Shown: in pieces, positions 30,634-45,600 of the stretch
Layout of the letters: each line of letters starts with the position of its first letter
Position numbering within the stretch: position 1 is the stretch's first letter
Source of the DNA: Bugula neritina
Taxonomy: Eukaryota > Animalia > Bryozoa
Reading direction: 5' to 3'
Assembly (NCBI GenBank): GCA_964035545.1
Contig: OZ037773.1
Coordinates: 9,453,751-9,517,750 of the forward strand
Length of the DNA: 64,000 nt
Notes under the pieces: model-generated
What the model was told of the DNA's origin: nothing
The model's database searches: none
The model's input: only the letters and a program-made list of their open reading frames with translations
Translations under genes and position numbers: made by a program

Positions 30634-33600
30634 ATGGGGGTCGATGGGACTAAGAAGTTGAGGCGTAGACTGTCAATGCTGTCTTCTGTTTTAGCGGGAA
30701 TGAGTCCACCTTTGCCCGCACTGAGCGTGCTCAGAAGGGACGTGCAGGCTGCCCAGCATTGGCTGGATCAGACTCTGAAAGCCATCAGAGAGCTACAGAC
30801 TCAACTTTCTGGTCGACCACCAGATGAAAACCGTCCAGAGTCAAGATCAGCCAGTGAGAGGAGAATAAAGAATACAACAAAGGTCAAGGTAAAATACTAA
30901 TATTATGTATAATCTAAAAACAATAAATATTATCAGTCTGCTGCACAATACATGGTTATTATTATAGAAATGAGTGCTGTAGTCACTAGGATGTACTTTT
31001 AGCAGTGGAGAAATTTGAATAACCTGAGTTCCTTAAACTTCTTAACAAATTTTGTTATGGGTTCAAAATCTTGTTAGAGCATAACTTATTGTTACATTTC
31101 TAATTTAGACTACAGGCGTTAATTTTTCCATTGCTGCGCCTGAAATTGAAAAAGACTGTGTTATAGATGAGAAATCTAGCAAAATATATAATAATTTATC
31201 ATTGCATATAGGCTATCAAAATGTCACAGTTACTGCTACTAAATGTGATTGTTTCAGTTGTGTAAGTGTGGACATTCATTAACAACTAAAATAATCAATA
31301 ATAATCACCTCAACTGTTCAATATTGAACATTGTGAATTGTTTGTTTGCCTAGAATTTGTATAAAAGGCTATCATGTTTTAATTTAATACTTTGGTTAAA
31401 ATACTTGTACTAATTTGAGCCAAATCTAATTAAAAAACTCAAACATAAACAAACACAGCGACGTCTTGCTTAAGACTTATATAGACTTAGAGTAAATTGT
31501 TCATCTGGTTTGGACGAAACAGCTGCAATCTGATATCAGTCGACTGGATAACTGATCATAGTGACTTGTAGCATAACATTCTGGTTTACTGCATCGCTTG
31601 AGCTGATTACTTATACTGAAATATTATGTCTCCTAGCAGTTTAGGTGGAATGTGTTGGTTTTGGAACTGACAAATGCATGTCAGATACTAGGAACATTGT
31701 GAAATATCCAAACCTGCAGACATAGCTCTAACTGAAGCAAGTACCGAAATGTTGGTTATAATAATATGTGGGTGCATGCCCTATACGTCCCAATACTTGT
31801 CTGTTCCGAAATAGCCTTATTTAGACTTTCATCAAATCTGCCTTAGAATGTGCATTGCAAAAGGTAGTGTAGAAATTTTGAATTTGAAATTTGATTGCCA
31901 TTCATCTCCCCTTTTTGCTATACACATGGTATATAATATATTACTTTAAGTTGTATAAGAATTTCAAGAATGCATATTACTTTATTATGCCATGTTGCCT
32001 TTAGATTAGAATTTGAGGAAATACTTATTTTATTTTCTATAGGTTACTGCTAGTATATCCTAAATATTATTACTATCAGTAGGAATTTTCCTTGCACTAG
32101 CAACATTACGCAATAGCAGCTAGTATAACATGCCCACATATAGGAAATGTAAGCATGCATAGTTCAGGTGATGTTATGTAACTGTTATATGCACTTGAAA
32201 AGGAATGTGTTTTATCAGCTGGTACATAGAACTTACACAGATATAGTAGTAGTTTCATTCTGCTTGCCTGCAGTTAGCATAGTATATATTCTGGTCATAA
32301 CTTATCAGATAGTAGTATTTGTGATATACTTCATTTATGAAGTGCAAATAAAATGTATTCATTTATCAGCTGTTATCTTCCTCTCTTTCTCTAATTTGTT
32401 GATTCGACAATATCTATATTATAGTTATGGTATAACTAGATCCCATCTGGCAATTCTTTTCATCATAATAATTATATTAACTTTAAATGATATTAGTCAA
32501 AATTTATATAAAAACTTTATCTATGTACTGAAATGCAGTAAAGTATGAGACTGGCTTAGATGCACCATGAATTGATAGTAGTATGTGGCACAATAAGTAA
32601 CTTATAGCAAATAAAGTATCTACTCAAACATGCAGCTTCCTACAATAATTCAATAGGAGTTTTCTTCTTTTTAACTTTAACAAAGTATGTAACTTTTACC
32701 TTTTAGGATTAATATGATTATTGTACTGCATTCACTAGCTTTTTTTACAAATCTGAGAGTTGATTAGCTTGGTTGTAGCTAATATTCATGAATTTGCAAA
32801 GATGTTCACAAAATTATTGTCTAAATAATACTTTAACCGTTTTTAGTAGAACTGCCTTATATGTAATGTTCCCCTCCTACTAATTGCATATTCCTTAAGA
32901 AATGCCTCAGTCTAGAATGATTAATCACAAGAAACAAATTTCAAAAATATGATAACATACAAGTATGACCAAAGACGTGTGATCAACTACGAACTACAGG
33001 CAACCCATATATGCCTTTACCAATTGCTAAGTTAGAGTTTTAGCTAGAAGTGTCTTAACATGCGACAATAGTATTGACTGTCTGTAACTTAGTAATATCT
33101 AATATTTTTATTTATGTCAAAAATGTTAGTTGCTTGGGACAAGTATTTGAAAATAAAACTCATATTATGTTATATTTTTGTAGGATTTCTTCCATACATA
33201 TATATGCAATTGTGATAAGAAAGTAATGCATTATACAATTAATTGTTTGTACCACACAAGTTATCATTTGGGAGTTGTTTCACCCAAACGATCTATCATA
33301 TCACTATCATTATTTTGCAATGATGTATTACTGGTAAGAGAGTCTATCGCTCATTGGACAAATGGAAATAACGCGAAATCTTCATTTGAATCTGCAACAC
33401 TAAGGTCATGCCTAGCAAAGGTCGAGCAGTAGTAATGAGCGATAACCATTTACTGTAAACTATAAGTTGTAATATTTTTAAGCTCTTTCTATCGCGTTGG
33501 ATATTATTTTTAATGGTGAAACTATATTAAAACACCTTTCAATCTCTCTGACATTTCTATAGCTATAGCACTAGGTAAGCTAAGATATCAAATAATAATA

Positions 33601-36600
33601 ATAATTATAATAATATAAATATTATTATTAGTAATGGTATCAATAAGAAATCATACTGATACTCACTCACTCAGTCTGAAAGTCAAAGTGAGTTTCAGTG
33701 TGAGTATCAGTATGGCACTCACACTGATAGTAACACTCATGCAGCGACGTTGACAGTGACACGCACATTCACACTGACAGTGAGAGTGACACTCTCACAC
33801 TACAGTGATTCACGCTCCAGCTCTTACTTTCACTTTGACTTTGAGTTAATTACCAACAGCAACACTAACACTACTAACAGTAACTCACTAACTGTAAGAC
33901 TAAGAGTAAGTGTATGACAGTTTGAGTTTCACTTAGCAGTTACTGTTACTACTACTACTTACAGTAACTAATGTTAATAGCTAATAAGGGTAGTTGTAGT
34001 CATACTTATACTTATAGTATTACTATTACTATTAGATTTACTTTTAGTTATCCTAAAAGTAGTGATTCTACGGAATTTTTACTGTTGATGCAGTTACCAA
34101 TTGCTGGATTTAAGTAGTGAAGTATCCGTAATGGTGGTGGTCCAAGCTTAACTTGAAGTTGAGAATATTTCCATAACTTTATTTGTAGTTTAACCTCACA
34201 CTGAACAATGATAGTCATTTGTTAATCATAATAGTTAGCTTGAACATAGTGATTTACATAGGCTTAGAGTTGCTCTTCAAGTTCAAGTTTGCATTAGTCA
34301 GTTATTTGAGGCCTCAAAAATTGTTATTAGCTTCAGATTTAGGCGTAACTATACGATTCTGGGTTTGTCTTAGAGCACGTTGATAAAATATTAATGAATA
34401 TTAAATGCAATGCACGGTGATGGGAATACCCTTTGGTTAAAATCTAACGTGTGAAAATAAACAGATGTGTGCAATGAAAATTATATGAGAATTTGTGCCA
34501 GGATCATTCAGCACTATATGGTATTTGATTTTGTTTATGAGTAAAATCTAGATTTGCCTATTTTCCTTTCTTTTAAATAATTGTGCTTCAATTTGTCACT
34601 TTGTCGTGAAATAATCTGCCTTTTTATTGGCAAGTCTAAAGTTCTGTTAGCTGGGAAATTTGTATTTCTGAATTTAAGCAGTTCAGTAGCACTAGATTTT
34701 CTCTATTATGTCTAGCTGGCTATCACTAGTCTATCACTAGTCTATCACCGCTATAACGTGCTGCTGTGTACTACCAGCTCTACTAGTTGGCCTAGTATAT
34801 GATTGGAAAAGGCTTGTAATTCTGAAGATTTATTATCCTTGAAAATTTGCATTTTTGTTGCCTTGGTTACAAAATTGTTCATAAAACAACTTTCCTAACA
34901 CAAAAAACAACATCGTGTGTTACACTATGTTAGCTTTCGCACAAAGTGCAGTGTCCACTACTTAATGACATTATAAAGATATCAAATTCAGAGTGAAATT
35001 TCTGTAGCAATTTGCATCTTGCATCTACATTGCAGTTCTGTAAAGGGTGAAGTTTCAATAGCAGATAATTTCAGTCAGTGAAGCGTGATTGTGTTGGCAT
35101 TAGTTAGTGACTATGAAATGAGTTGTGAACCTCCCAGTAGCTTGTAATAACAGATTTATTCACAGCATTATACTGCCCAGAAAGTTGTTGTTAGAGGTTT
35201 GGTGAAGCCAGTAACTATTAGAAAGCATTGGAACGGTGTAGTGTGTTTGTATATACAAGGTGGAGTTTGTATATACAGGATGGAATTTGTATGTTTGTTG
35301 ACGTAGGGCTGAGGTGTACATATTACTTATTTCCAACTCCTTTTTAATGACTTTCCTCAATTAGACTAAGTTCTTATTAGAAATTTTATAGCTTCGTTAA
35401 GGGAAACCCTTCCATCCCTTCTAAAACAGTGATTATCCGGTGCTCAAATGCTATAAACGTGGGTTATTGATCAACAAGAGATAGCATAGTAGTTGGCTTT
35501 GATAGAATTTGATGGACTGTGTAATTCGATACAAAAACCAATCCTGTTTTAGTAAATCGCTGAAATAGTTAGAATAAATCTCAGTGCAGAGTATGGAGTA
35601 TTAGTACTACTATTTCAACACATTCAGTTAGAATCTTGCTACAATACAGCTCTTAATTAATGATAGCCTGTGATATCCTTATTTTAAGAGTTGCAAGCCA
35701 TCCCCACACTTATTTCTACTAGGTAGTTAGTTCTGTTAGAGTACAGGCTATTCAAATGACTGGTAGTCAGTGAGATAGGTAGTTTGACCTCTGCTGTATT
35801 ACATTTGACCTCTACATATATACAGAAGTATGTCAGCTCATTATTATGTAATTACCTGCACTAACTGCATACATGAGGTACTAGGTTAGCTAGTACCTCA
35901 GGTATGTAGTTACCTGCACTAACTACATACATGAGGTACTAGGCTAGCTAGTAGCACAAGAAACTCTTTGACAATCATATGCACCTTGTCTCTGGTACCC
36001 TACTATTTAATGCGTGACAATGGTGAGGTTGTGGTGTGGCTGTAGGTTATATATGTTTATATTTATACACATCTTGCAGTCTACATTCCAACAGTAGAAT
36101 ATATAGAACATACTTGTTAAGGTGGAGTAACACTTTACTTTGTGAAAAGGAAGATAATATTCATTAGATTATATTGCCAGTGTACCTTGACTAGTGTAGA
36201 GTGAGTTCTTAGTTAGGGTTTGTCTAGTAGTGTATAAGATAAGGGATTAGGGGGGGGGGAGTAGGGTTCATGTTATGTAATATTATCTTACATGTTGAGT
36301 TTAATATCTGGATAGGGGTACAGTGCCCTTTGTTAAATATTTCCTAAGCAGGTGGATTAAAACCCTTTCTAGTTGGTCCAATTTGTAAAGCAATCTTTAC
36401 AGCTGCAGGGACTGCTGCTTTGTTAGGATTATCTTATGTTTTCTGTTCTCTTTGGAAACTTTGAACATGAGAGTTTAGTTTATTTAGGGAGTTGCCATTA
36501 TTCTAAACTTTTATTATGATGTCCCTCTTAACTTATCTTCAGATATCTGTGTTTGAGTTTGCTGATAGGTTTCCAGTCTCCTCCTTATGTTACTGATAGG

Positions 36601-39600
36601 CAATATCTTCATGGTTATCTATTCTGCAACACAAATATTATGCAAAGCTTAGATAAATCATGTGAGGTTCTTTTTGATTAAGTTTTATTTCTGCTGTAAA
36701 CTTCGGATGTCATTGGAGATGAAATTGATTTTGAAAGACTAGTAGTGGAGTTGATAACATTGACTCATTGATGTTAGTCAGTCTATTCCCAGTTGGTAGA
36801 CACGTGGAAGTTATTGCATATATAGGATAATTATCATATCTGTAATGCAGCGTGCTGTAACAAATGTGTTCTGTAATATACTAGGTCAGCTTGTATATGT
36901 GAAAGTGAGGTGTGGTCCTCATTACATTTGCTACTTCATACCAAGCAAATACTTGTCATAAACACATACATTACAATATTAAACTAACCTATCCCGATTT
37001 TATTTTCATTGCTTGCAAAAAGTAAGAATAAAATCTTTGAAAAATCAATTGAGTTGTGGAAAATATTTATTTATTTGTGTAACACAGTAGCATGTTTTCG
37101 GAGTAAATAAATAATTATGTACTATCGAATGTATTGCATAAAAACGTCAACTGAAAAGTATCTTAGTGCAGTCCTTTAGACTACTGCAGTATTTGATTCA
37201 AAGTGATTGGGTTCCACTCTAATGAATCAACAGTTGCCGATTCTTGACCTCTCATGTGACCTTTAACATCTTTTCTATAAGAAATTTGGAGTTGATACTC
37301 TAAGATTGAGAGCTAGGGAAGGGCATGTTGTGTGCCCCTTGTTGTAGTCAGAAACTCTGTCTAATGTAAGTGACATCTAAAGTAAGAGAAGGAGTTGAAA
37401 GTAACTGAATTAAGAGAGAGAGATTAGAGCTCAGTGCCCTCATATATTACTAGTTGGTGTCTTTCAACTCAGTTAATCTCGCTGTGTGTCTCTTTCGGAC
37501 TCTTGTAGTGTTTATTATATGACATTGTTGATGCATGGTGGTCTATAGTTTAGACTTTAGGGTGTTGCAGTATATTGTAGTATAGTGTAGTATAGTGTAG
37601 TGTAGTATAGTGTAGTGTATTGTAGTGTAGTGTAGTGTAGTGTAGTGTAGTATAGTGTAGTGTAGTATAGTGTAGTATATAGTATAGTATGGTACAGTAT
37701 AGTATAGTATAATGCAGTGCCCATTTTGTGTAGTATAGTATACTGTAGTGTCATAAAGCTTGGTGTACATGTAGATGATTAACTAGTCAGGAACTTTAAG
37801 CTGTGGTTATATTTTCGGTATTGCTGCCAGTGTGACCTTTGACCTACTAGATGACTCATTTCAGACAATATCTAAAAGTTAACACCTTGTTTTGAGATTT
37901 GACCATTTGTTGAATCCAGTCACTGCACAAAGTTTGCCATCATAAAGAGAGATATGAGTTTGGGGAGTGTGGAATTCACCCAAACCGGTTTTATATTCTC
38001 AGTAGATCTGAGGCTGCCTCCTGATTGTTTTGCACTGGAAGTGGCAGCTTGTTTTATGCTCAGGTTTTCAGCTTCATACAACCTTTAAATTCTTGTCTAC
38101 ACTTACTTAGGGTTGGGGTTGAATCGTCCCCTACATTTTCCAGCGGAGTTTAGTTGTGGGGCTATTGCTACTTCAAGTATAAGCAAATCCGTCTGATTGT
38201 TTAATTGTCTGCTGCATTAACTACAAATTTAGAAATCAATAAACAAACAAGCTCTGCCTTGAACATACAAACAAGTATTGTTACCATCTTTCTCTCTTGT
38301 ACTCTATTGCAATCATTAAGAGTTTTTATATCACTCTAGCTTGTCCATTGCCTAGCAATATATTATGGCTTCTTTTCATTCAATAATTCATTTAGCATAG
38401 CACATTGCTACGCTAAGTGCCCAGTTGTCACTTTTACTACTACTACTACTACTACTGCTACTAGTGCTGCTACAACTACCACTGCTACTACTGCCACTAC
38501 TACTAGTACTGCTACTACTACTACTGTTACTAGTACTAGGACTGTCACCGCTACAGTTGCAAGGTACCAGGTTTGCTGCTACCTCTATCAAGGATTAAGT
38601 GATTGAGTAATATATCAACTTTAGAATGCGTACTCTAAAATCTCTAGGTTTGGAGTCTCATATGATGTGGATTTGTTATATTTGCAGGAGTTGAGTAAAG
38701 ACTTTCTAAAACGTTCCTTTGAGACTGATCAACTTCTTAGTCATAGTCATGCGTGGTTAGACCAAGACAACTATAGTAATACTACATTTGACCTTGACAT
38801 CGCCAGATTAGAGTACGCCTGGAGTCAAGTTCGGGACGAGCTTTCTAACCTAGCAAGGTTGGTTTGACTTCAATATGGATTAAATCGCATATATTTGTCA
38901 CTCATTCACTCACTCATTCACTCACTCACTCATTCAATCACTCACTCTTTCACTCACTCTTTCACTCACTCATTCACTCACTCATTAGTAACTTAGCTCT
39001 TGGTCTAATAGCCAGTCGACTGCTGGGTTAGTTTGCTTTTATATAGTAGCTTTAGATTGTAACTAGTTAATTAATAATTTACTTGTAATTAATTTTTGAT
39101 ATATGTGTTAGTTTGTCCTACAATTAGCTCACTGAGTGGGTATGTGTGGACATGTGGGGTATAATTAGTCTGTGTGAAGGGCTCACTGAGGGACATCAGG
39201 TGCATAGCAAGTTGCTCTAGTCTGTATTATCTCTACCTAATCTACTCACTGCGTTGTTGTGGTGGTAGTATATTGGCTTACAGCTTCCTCTTTTAGCTAA
39301 GGCTGAGGTGTAGAATTTTATATCAGATTATTTATGTTTATTTATGGTTTGACTTTTGTGTTTAAAGAGTATCTAAATAGTTATCAACAGGTGTACTTCT
39401 ACTATTCAGAGCATTTAGGACTGAATGTGCAGCCCTTTCTGCATTATATACCAGCTGAGTTAAAGGAGATGTACAATTTGCTTCTATACAATACAATACT
39501 ATGTGTAGACATTTCAAACCAGTTTTTTTATATCTAATTTTTATACCGACTGCTGGAAGTTTATCTGAATAGTTGAGGTGATTTTGCAGAGAATACAGCC

Positions 39601-42600
39601 TTGAAGAGGTTGAAGCTGACTTAACCAGGGATCTATCAGCCCAAGGCGGGGACGGTTTCTCTCCCTCCCCCAACTCATCCTACATTCCACGCAGTCAACT
39701 GCTAAGTCGCAGACGTACAGACCCAGACGGCGAGCAAGGTCACCAGCCCAAACAGAAACGTAGATTCGTGCCTCACCTCTCCTGGCAGTATCGAGCTGTC
39801 ATCAAAAGTAACGTGAGTGCTGATTGGCTTACTCCTGCATCAAACAGCTCGCTGACATTTGTTACTAGATTTGAGAAACTGAATTAGTTGAAGTTTTAAG
39901 AAAAGTTGAGTATAAACTCTAAAAAATATCTGAGAAAATCCTCAGCTGTTGAACTTTCTGATGATTTGCAACATTTATTATTTAAATACTTGTGCAATTT
40001 CTTTGTTGAAAATTTAAGAAAATTTTTTCACTGTTCAACATCTACATAGACAGCTGCTGTAGTATTTATACGGATTTCTAAACAAAATGTGTAAAAGACA
40101 ACTCTTAATAGCTCTAAAAGTAGCTCAATCTGTGGGTTGTGTGTTTCACTAGTTTTTTTAGCAATAAACTTGCAGTTTTTAATTATAATTGAACTAGTGA
40201 AAATTTTATTATAATTTTATTTAAAAATAATATTTGAAGTGCAGTAATGAAGAAATTGAGCAAAAGCCTAGATACAAATATAACAAAAGAAAATGTATGC
40301 GGAAAAATTTCAGCTCCCCAAACAGAGTTTGGAAGAAGAATTAAAGAACTTATATTATTGAACTCTCTCCCTTGCCTCACATAAATGTAGTTTTTATAAA
40401 TTATATTTGCTGTCATTCTAGTAGATTTAGTGACTATTTTGTAGGTTAAATTCAAAGACAGAACACCTCGAGGTTCAATATTGGAAAGTGAGGCTAGCGA
40501 GTCGGGCTCCGTCTACAGCGACCCTCTATTTTCTGCTAGAAGGCGACGTGACTCTCAGTCTAGCTCCTCGCTCTCTCTGCCCACAGTCATCGGAGTCAGT
40601 TGTGTCGGAGTCGGCAGTGCGGGTGGCTCCTATACGTCCCTACCTAGCCCTGCCTCTGATGCTGGTAGGTCTCAGGCTATCACAGCCACACATATTTCAC
40701 CTTTTTCATCTGCCTACTGTAAACTGACTTCTAGTTATATATAGAAGATGCTTGCATTTTTCACAATAATTCTAAATATTTTTAGTTGAATATTATTCAT
40801 TTTATTATGTATTGTATTACATTATATATGATACATCATGTTGTGTATTATTGCATATATTATATACTAAAGTATGATTATAATATCTTATATAGAATGT
40901 ATATTATGTTACTGTATATATTACATATTGTATTCTCCCACTGAACTGTTACATTCAGCAGAAAGGCTCCCAACACTCCGTCCCGGGTACAAAGATAACC
41001 CGAGTTCAGACTCTCTAGTTAGCAGAGATCTCAACAGTAACACTGTCAGGGTCAAACAGAAGGTCAAGGCCACTAGGAGTCACCGACGCCCTCGTCACCG
41101 CGAACCCAGCAATCAACTCTCTCTAGTCAAGTCAGTTGTCACTTAGTATATGTAACTAGTGCTTTTATCATGTGATCAATATAGATAGAATATATAAATA
41201 TTGTTTCTATGGGGAGCTCATATGGGATATAAATCTTCATGAGAAAAAAGCTGACAACTCCCAATAACCTTTGTGGAAAATCCACATTTTCAGTTTTGAA
41301 TGTAATTTGTATTGAAAGAAATGTTTTTAAATAATTTTCTTTCACAAGTCACTTAGTTGAGTGAGACATTCTAACTAAGAGTTGATATTCTGAACTTGTA
41401 GATACGGCAGCGACAGCAGCTCTGATACTAAAGTGATATACGTAGACTTGTCTTCCCCTGCCTTGACCTCTAGACCTGGTGATACACTGACCTCTAGACC
41501 TGGTGATACACTGATCTCTAGTAATACTCATGTAGGTGATGCTGTAGAGGTACATGGGATGGAGGACTACACAAAATGTAAGATACTACGTTCTGTTCAT
41601 GCAATGAGAATAATCTAAGTAACTCAGTCTGTTCTCTGTAGGGTTGACCTAGTAGTGTAGCGGATAGGGGTTAGTGTAGTGGATAGGGGTTAGTGTAGTG
41701 GGTAGGGGTTAGTGTAGTGGATAGGGGTTAGTGTAGTAAATAGGGGTTAGTGTAGTGGACAGGGGTTAGTGTAGTGGACAGGGGTTAGTGTAGTGGATAG
41801 GGGTTAGTGTAGTGGACAGGGGTTAGTGTAGTGGGTGGGGGTTAGTGTAGTGGATAGGGGTTAGTGTAGTGGACAGGGGTTAGTGTAGTGGATAGGGGTT
41901 AGTGTAGTGGATAGGGGTTAGTGTAGTAAATAGGGGTTAGTGTAGTGGACAGGGGTTAGTGTAGTGGACAGGGGTTAGTGTAGTGGATAGGGGTTAGTGT
42001 AGTGGACAGGGGTTAGTGTAGTGGGTGGGGGTTAGTGTAGTGGATAGGGGTTAGTGTAGTGGATAGGGGTTAGTGTAGTGGGTAGGGGTTAGTGTAGTGG
42101 GTAGGGGTTAGTGTAGTGGACAGGGGTTAGTGTAGTGGATAGGGGTTAGTGTAGTGGGTGGGGGTTAGTGTAGTGGGTGGGGGTTAGTGTAGTGGATAGG
42201 GGTTAGTGTAGTGGATAGGGGTTAGTGTAGTAAATAGGGGTTAGTGTAGTGGACAGGGGTTAGTGTAGCGGATAGGGGTTAGTGTAGTGGATAGGGGTTA
42301 GCGTAGTGGATAGGGGTTAGTGTAGCGGGTAGGGGTTAGTGTAGTGGATAGGGGTTAGTGTAGTAAATAGGGGTTAGTGTAGTGGACAGGGGTTAGTGTA
42401 GTGGACAGGGGTTAGTGTAGTGGATAGGGGTTAGTGTAGTGGACAGGGGTTAGTGTAGTGGATAGGGGTTAGCGTAGTGGATAGGGGTTAGTGTAGTGGA
42501 TAGGGGTTAGTGTAGTGGATAGGGGTTAGTGTAGTAAATAGGGGTTAGTGTAGTGGACAGGGGTTAGTGTAGTGGACAGGGGTTAGTGTAGTGGATAGGG

Positions 42601-45600
42601 GTTAGTGTAGTGGACAGGGGTTAGTGTAGTGGATAGGGGTTAGCGTAGTGGATAGGGGTTAGTGTAGGGGTTAGTGTAGTGGATAGGGGTTAGTGTAGCG
42701 GGTAGGGGTTAGTGTAGTGGATAGGGGTTAGTGTAGTAAATAGGGGTTAGTGTAGTGGACAGGGGTTAGTGTAGTGGACAGGGGTTAGTGTAGTGGATAG
42801 GGGTTAGTGTAGTGGACAGGGGTTAGTGTAGTGGATAGGGGTTAGCGTAGTGGATAGGGGTTAGTGTAGGGGTTAGTGTAGTGGATAGGTGTTAGTGTAG
42901 TGGATAGGGGTTAGTGTAGCGGGTAGGGGTTAGTGTAGCGGATAGGGGTTAGTGTAGTGGACAGGGGTTAGTGTAGCGGATAGGGGTTAGTGTAGTGGGT
43001 GGGGGTTAGTGTAGTGGATAGGGGCTAGTGTAGTGGATAGGGGTTAGTGTAGTGGGTAGGGGTTAGTGTAGTGGACAGGGGTTAGTGTAGTGGATAGGGG
43101 TTAGCGTAGTAAATAGGGGTTAGTGTAGGGGTTAGTGTAGTGGATAGGTGTTAGTGTAGTGGATAGGGGTTAGTGTAGCGGGTAGGGGTTAGTGTAGCGG
43201 ATAGGGGTTAGTGTAGTGGACAGGGGTTAGTGTAGCGGATAGGGGTTAGTGTAGTGGGTGGGGGTTAGTGTAGTGGATAGGGGTTAGTGTAGTGGATAGG
43301 GGTTAGTGTAGTGGGTAGGGGTTAGTGTAGTGGGTAGGGGTTAGTGTAGTGGATAGGGGTTGTATGGTGACAGGTGGGTGCTGTAAGAGCGTACCCCCTC
43401 CTGCTCACTCCATATACCATGTTAGTGTCTCTGAAAGTCGGTTGACATAGTATTGTATTGTCAGATGTATGAACTGTGACAGTATGGATATGATCTATAA
43501 ACTATGTGCAGGAGTATAAAATATATGAACCCCCGAGCTGACTCAGTACTATGTAGTATATGACCTGTTCTAGTGAAAGACGATCCTCTCCCGGCAGCGG
43601 CGGCCATTGAATATCCTGTCAAGTCACGGTTCAGTAGACTCACCAGGAGCGCCGGGGTTCACGAAGGGCTGACAACTCTAACACTGCCCAATGGAGCTCA
43701 GCAAAGTATGTGTGTCTGTAGCTAATACATAATAGTTTGTGTGTGTCTAAGAGTTGTCTTCTCTGTAGATACTTGATAAGTGGAATATAAGCCAGTAGCT
43801 GGTAATACTTAAGGTTTCTAGGGGTGAAAGTGTGTTGTGAACTTCTACATTGCCATTCCTTTCTGTTTCTATTTTATCATTTTCCTGTTTGACAAACCTC
43901 AGCAAATAATGTTAATTTACGAGCTATTTACAAGATTTCATGAATTGAATGTTCTATTATTAATGCTTGTTGTGTTGATTGACAACTTAAATTTTCGAAA
44001 ATCTTGATTTGCTGGATGCTGTAAGATTTTGCTTCCTGCTGTGTTTAGCTCCCTGGAGATTTGAGTCACTCTGTACTGATATATTAATAATATTATTGTA
44101 GATGCTTCTAGCTCTACCCCAGTGAGATATCACCATGACAGCGTGCAAACACCACATAGACACTTTCACCCACCTGACGTGTCAACTCCCATCAGTGATG
44201 ACCTCCTGACAGGTGTCAACAGGTGCCCCCAGACACCTGTAGAAATCCGGAAGTTTCTCGGCACTAACAACAGCGGTGCTGGCAGGTACTGGCTTTGTTT
44301 ATTTTATTATTTTCCTTTTATGTAGCTGTCTTCTCAATTTACATGCTTTTTTTGTGGAATTACTTCAGTTTATCTCAAGTTGAATTGTTTTAAAAAGTCG
44401 CTTTGGATAGTTTATTTGATGGCTTGCTTCTAAACTCTCAGCCTGTATCCCTACTGTACTTGTATGCATATATTCAAGCATTTCACAATAAGTTGGACTC
44501 ACGAACTTATTTGGAGTTTTGTTAAAGTAAGCCGGCAAACCGTTACTAATTCACTGCCAGATACAATCACCTCACTTCTCTAAACACTTTGCCTTAATGA
44601 GTCATATCGTCTGTACCTGTAGATTGAGTCCAGATGGGCAGATAACTCCAGACTTCAGTGAGAATTCCAGTAACATGTCCAGTTTAGCTCATAGTCCGAC
44701 TGTAGACTCCCAGAGACAGGTTAGGAAAGACCTGAAGAGGCGGTATCAGAAGGATGAGCTGTGGAGGGCTATAAAATCAGACTACCACTATCTGATGGAC
44801 GAAGACATCATAGAACAATGCAGGGTATGCTGTAGAGCTCATTGCGTTGATATACTAAATGTTTGACGTCTATATAACATTATCTCACATACAGCAGTCT
44901 ATATAGTAGATTGTGTTCCGTGTTTCACTCTAGTCGACGGACAGCGACCTCTCCTGGGACGATGAAGAGGTCAAGAACGCCGTGACCTTCACCGACTTCA
45001 TCCAGCAGTACAACGAACTGATGGAGTGGCTCAACCAGATTCAGGTGTTCACCCAGCGTCAGGGTTCCAGTCTCAGCGAGAAGTACCTCAACCAGGTCAG
45101 TTAGAGCTCATTGTGTGGTGTATTAGAGCTCATTGTCAGGTATGTTAGAGCACAGTTTGTAGTAGATGAGAGTTGTCTCTCTTTTCAGTCATACTACGAG
45201 GAAATGCTGGAGAGATCTCCCCGCAGGAAGCTGTTCAATGACTACGCCAAGCAGCTGATGAGACGATACCCCAACATGAAGGACGAGATCAGCGTTAGAC
45301 TGAGTCACCTCAACAACCAGTGGGAGAGGCTGCAGAAGACCATCGCCCCTAGCGACGGACTCAGTGACCGGGAAACCATGCTACGAGGTGCGACATGCAG
45401 TCTATTCATGTGTTTAAGAAATATGAATACTCTAGTGGCTGCTAACAGGCGTAAACCGCTGTTGTTTGGCAGCTCGGCCTTTCTTATTCTGGATGTTGAA
45501 TACTCAAATAGATGTGAGAAACTGTCAGGAAAAGCAGTTGATTTATCTATATCTTTGAGTAGTTGTTTCAACAACTTACATTTATATTATATATTTGCAG

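Noticed and set aside
41652-43361. CRISPR array or true telomere
   Set aside because: The units are contiguous with no unique spacers, the context is eukaryotic with no cas genes, and the array is intronic with in-phase exons on both sides.
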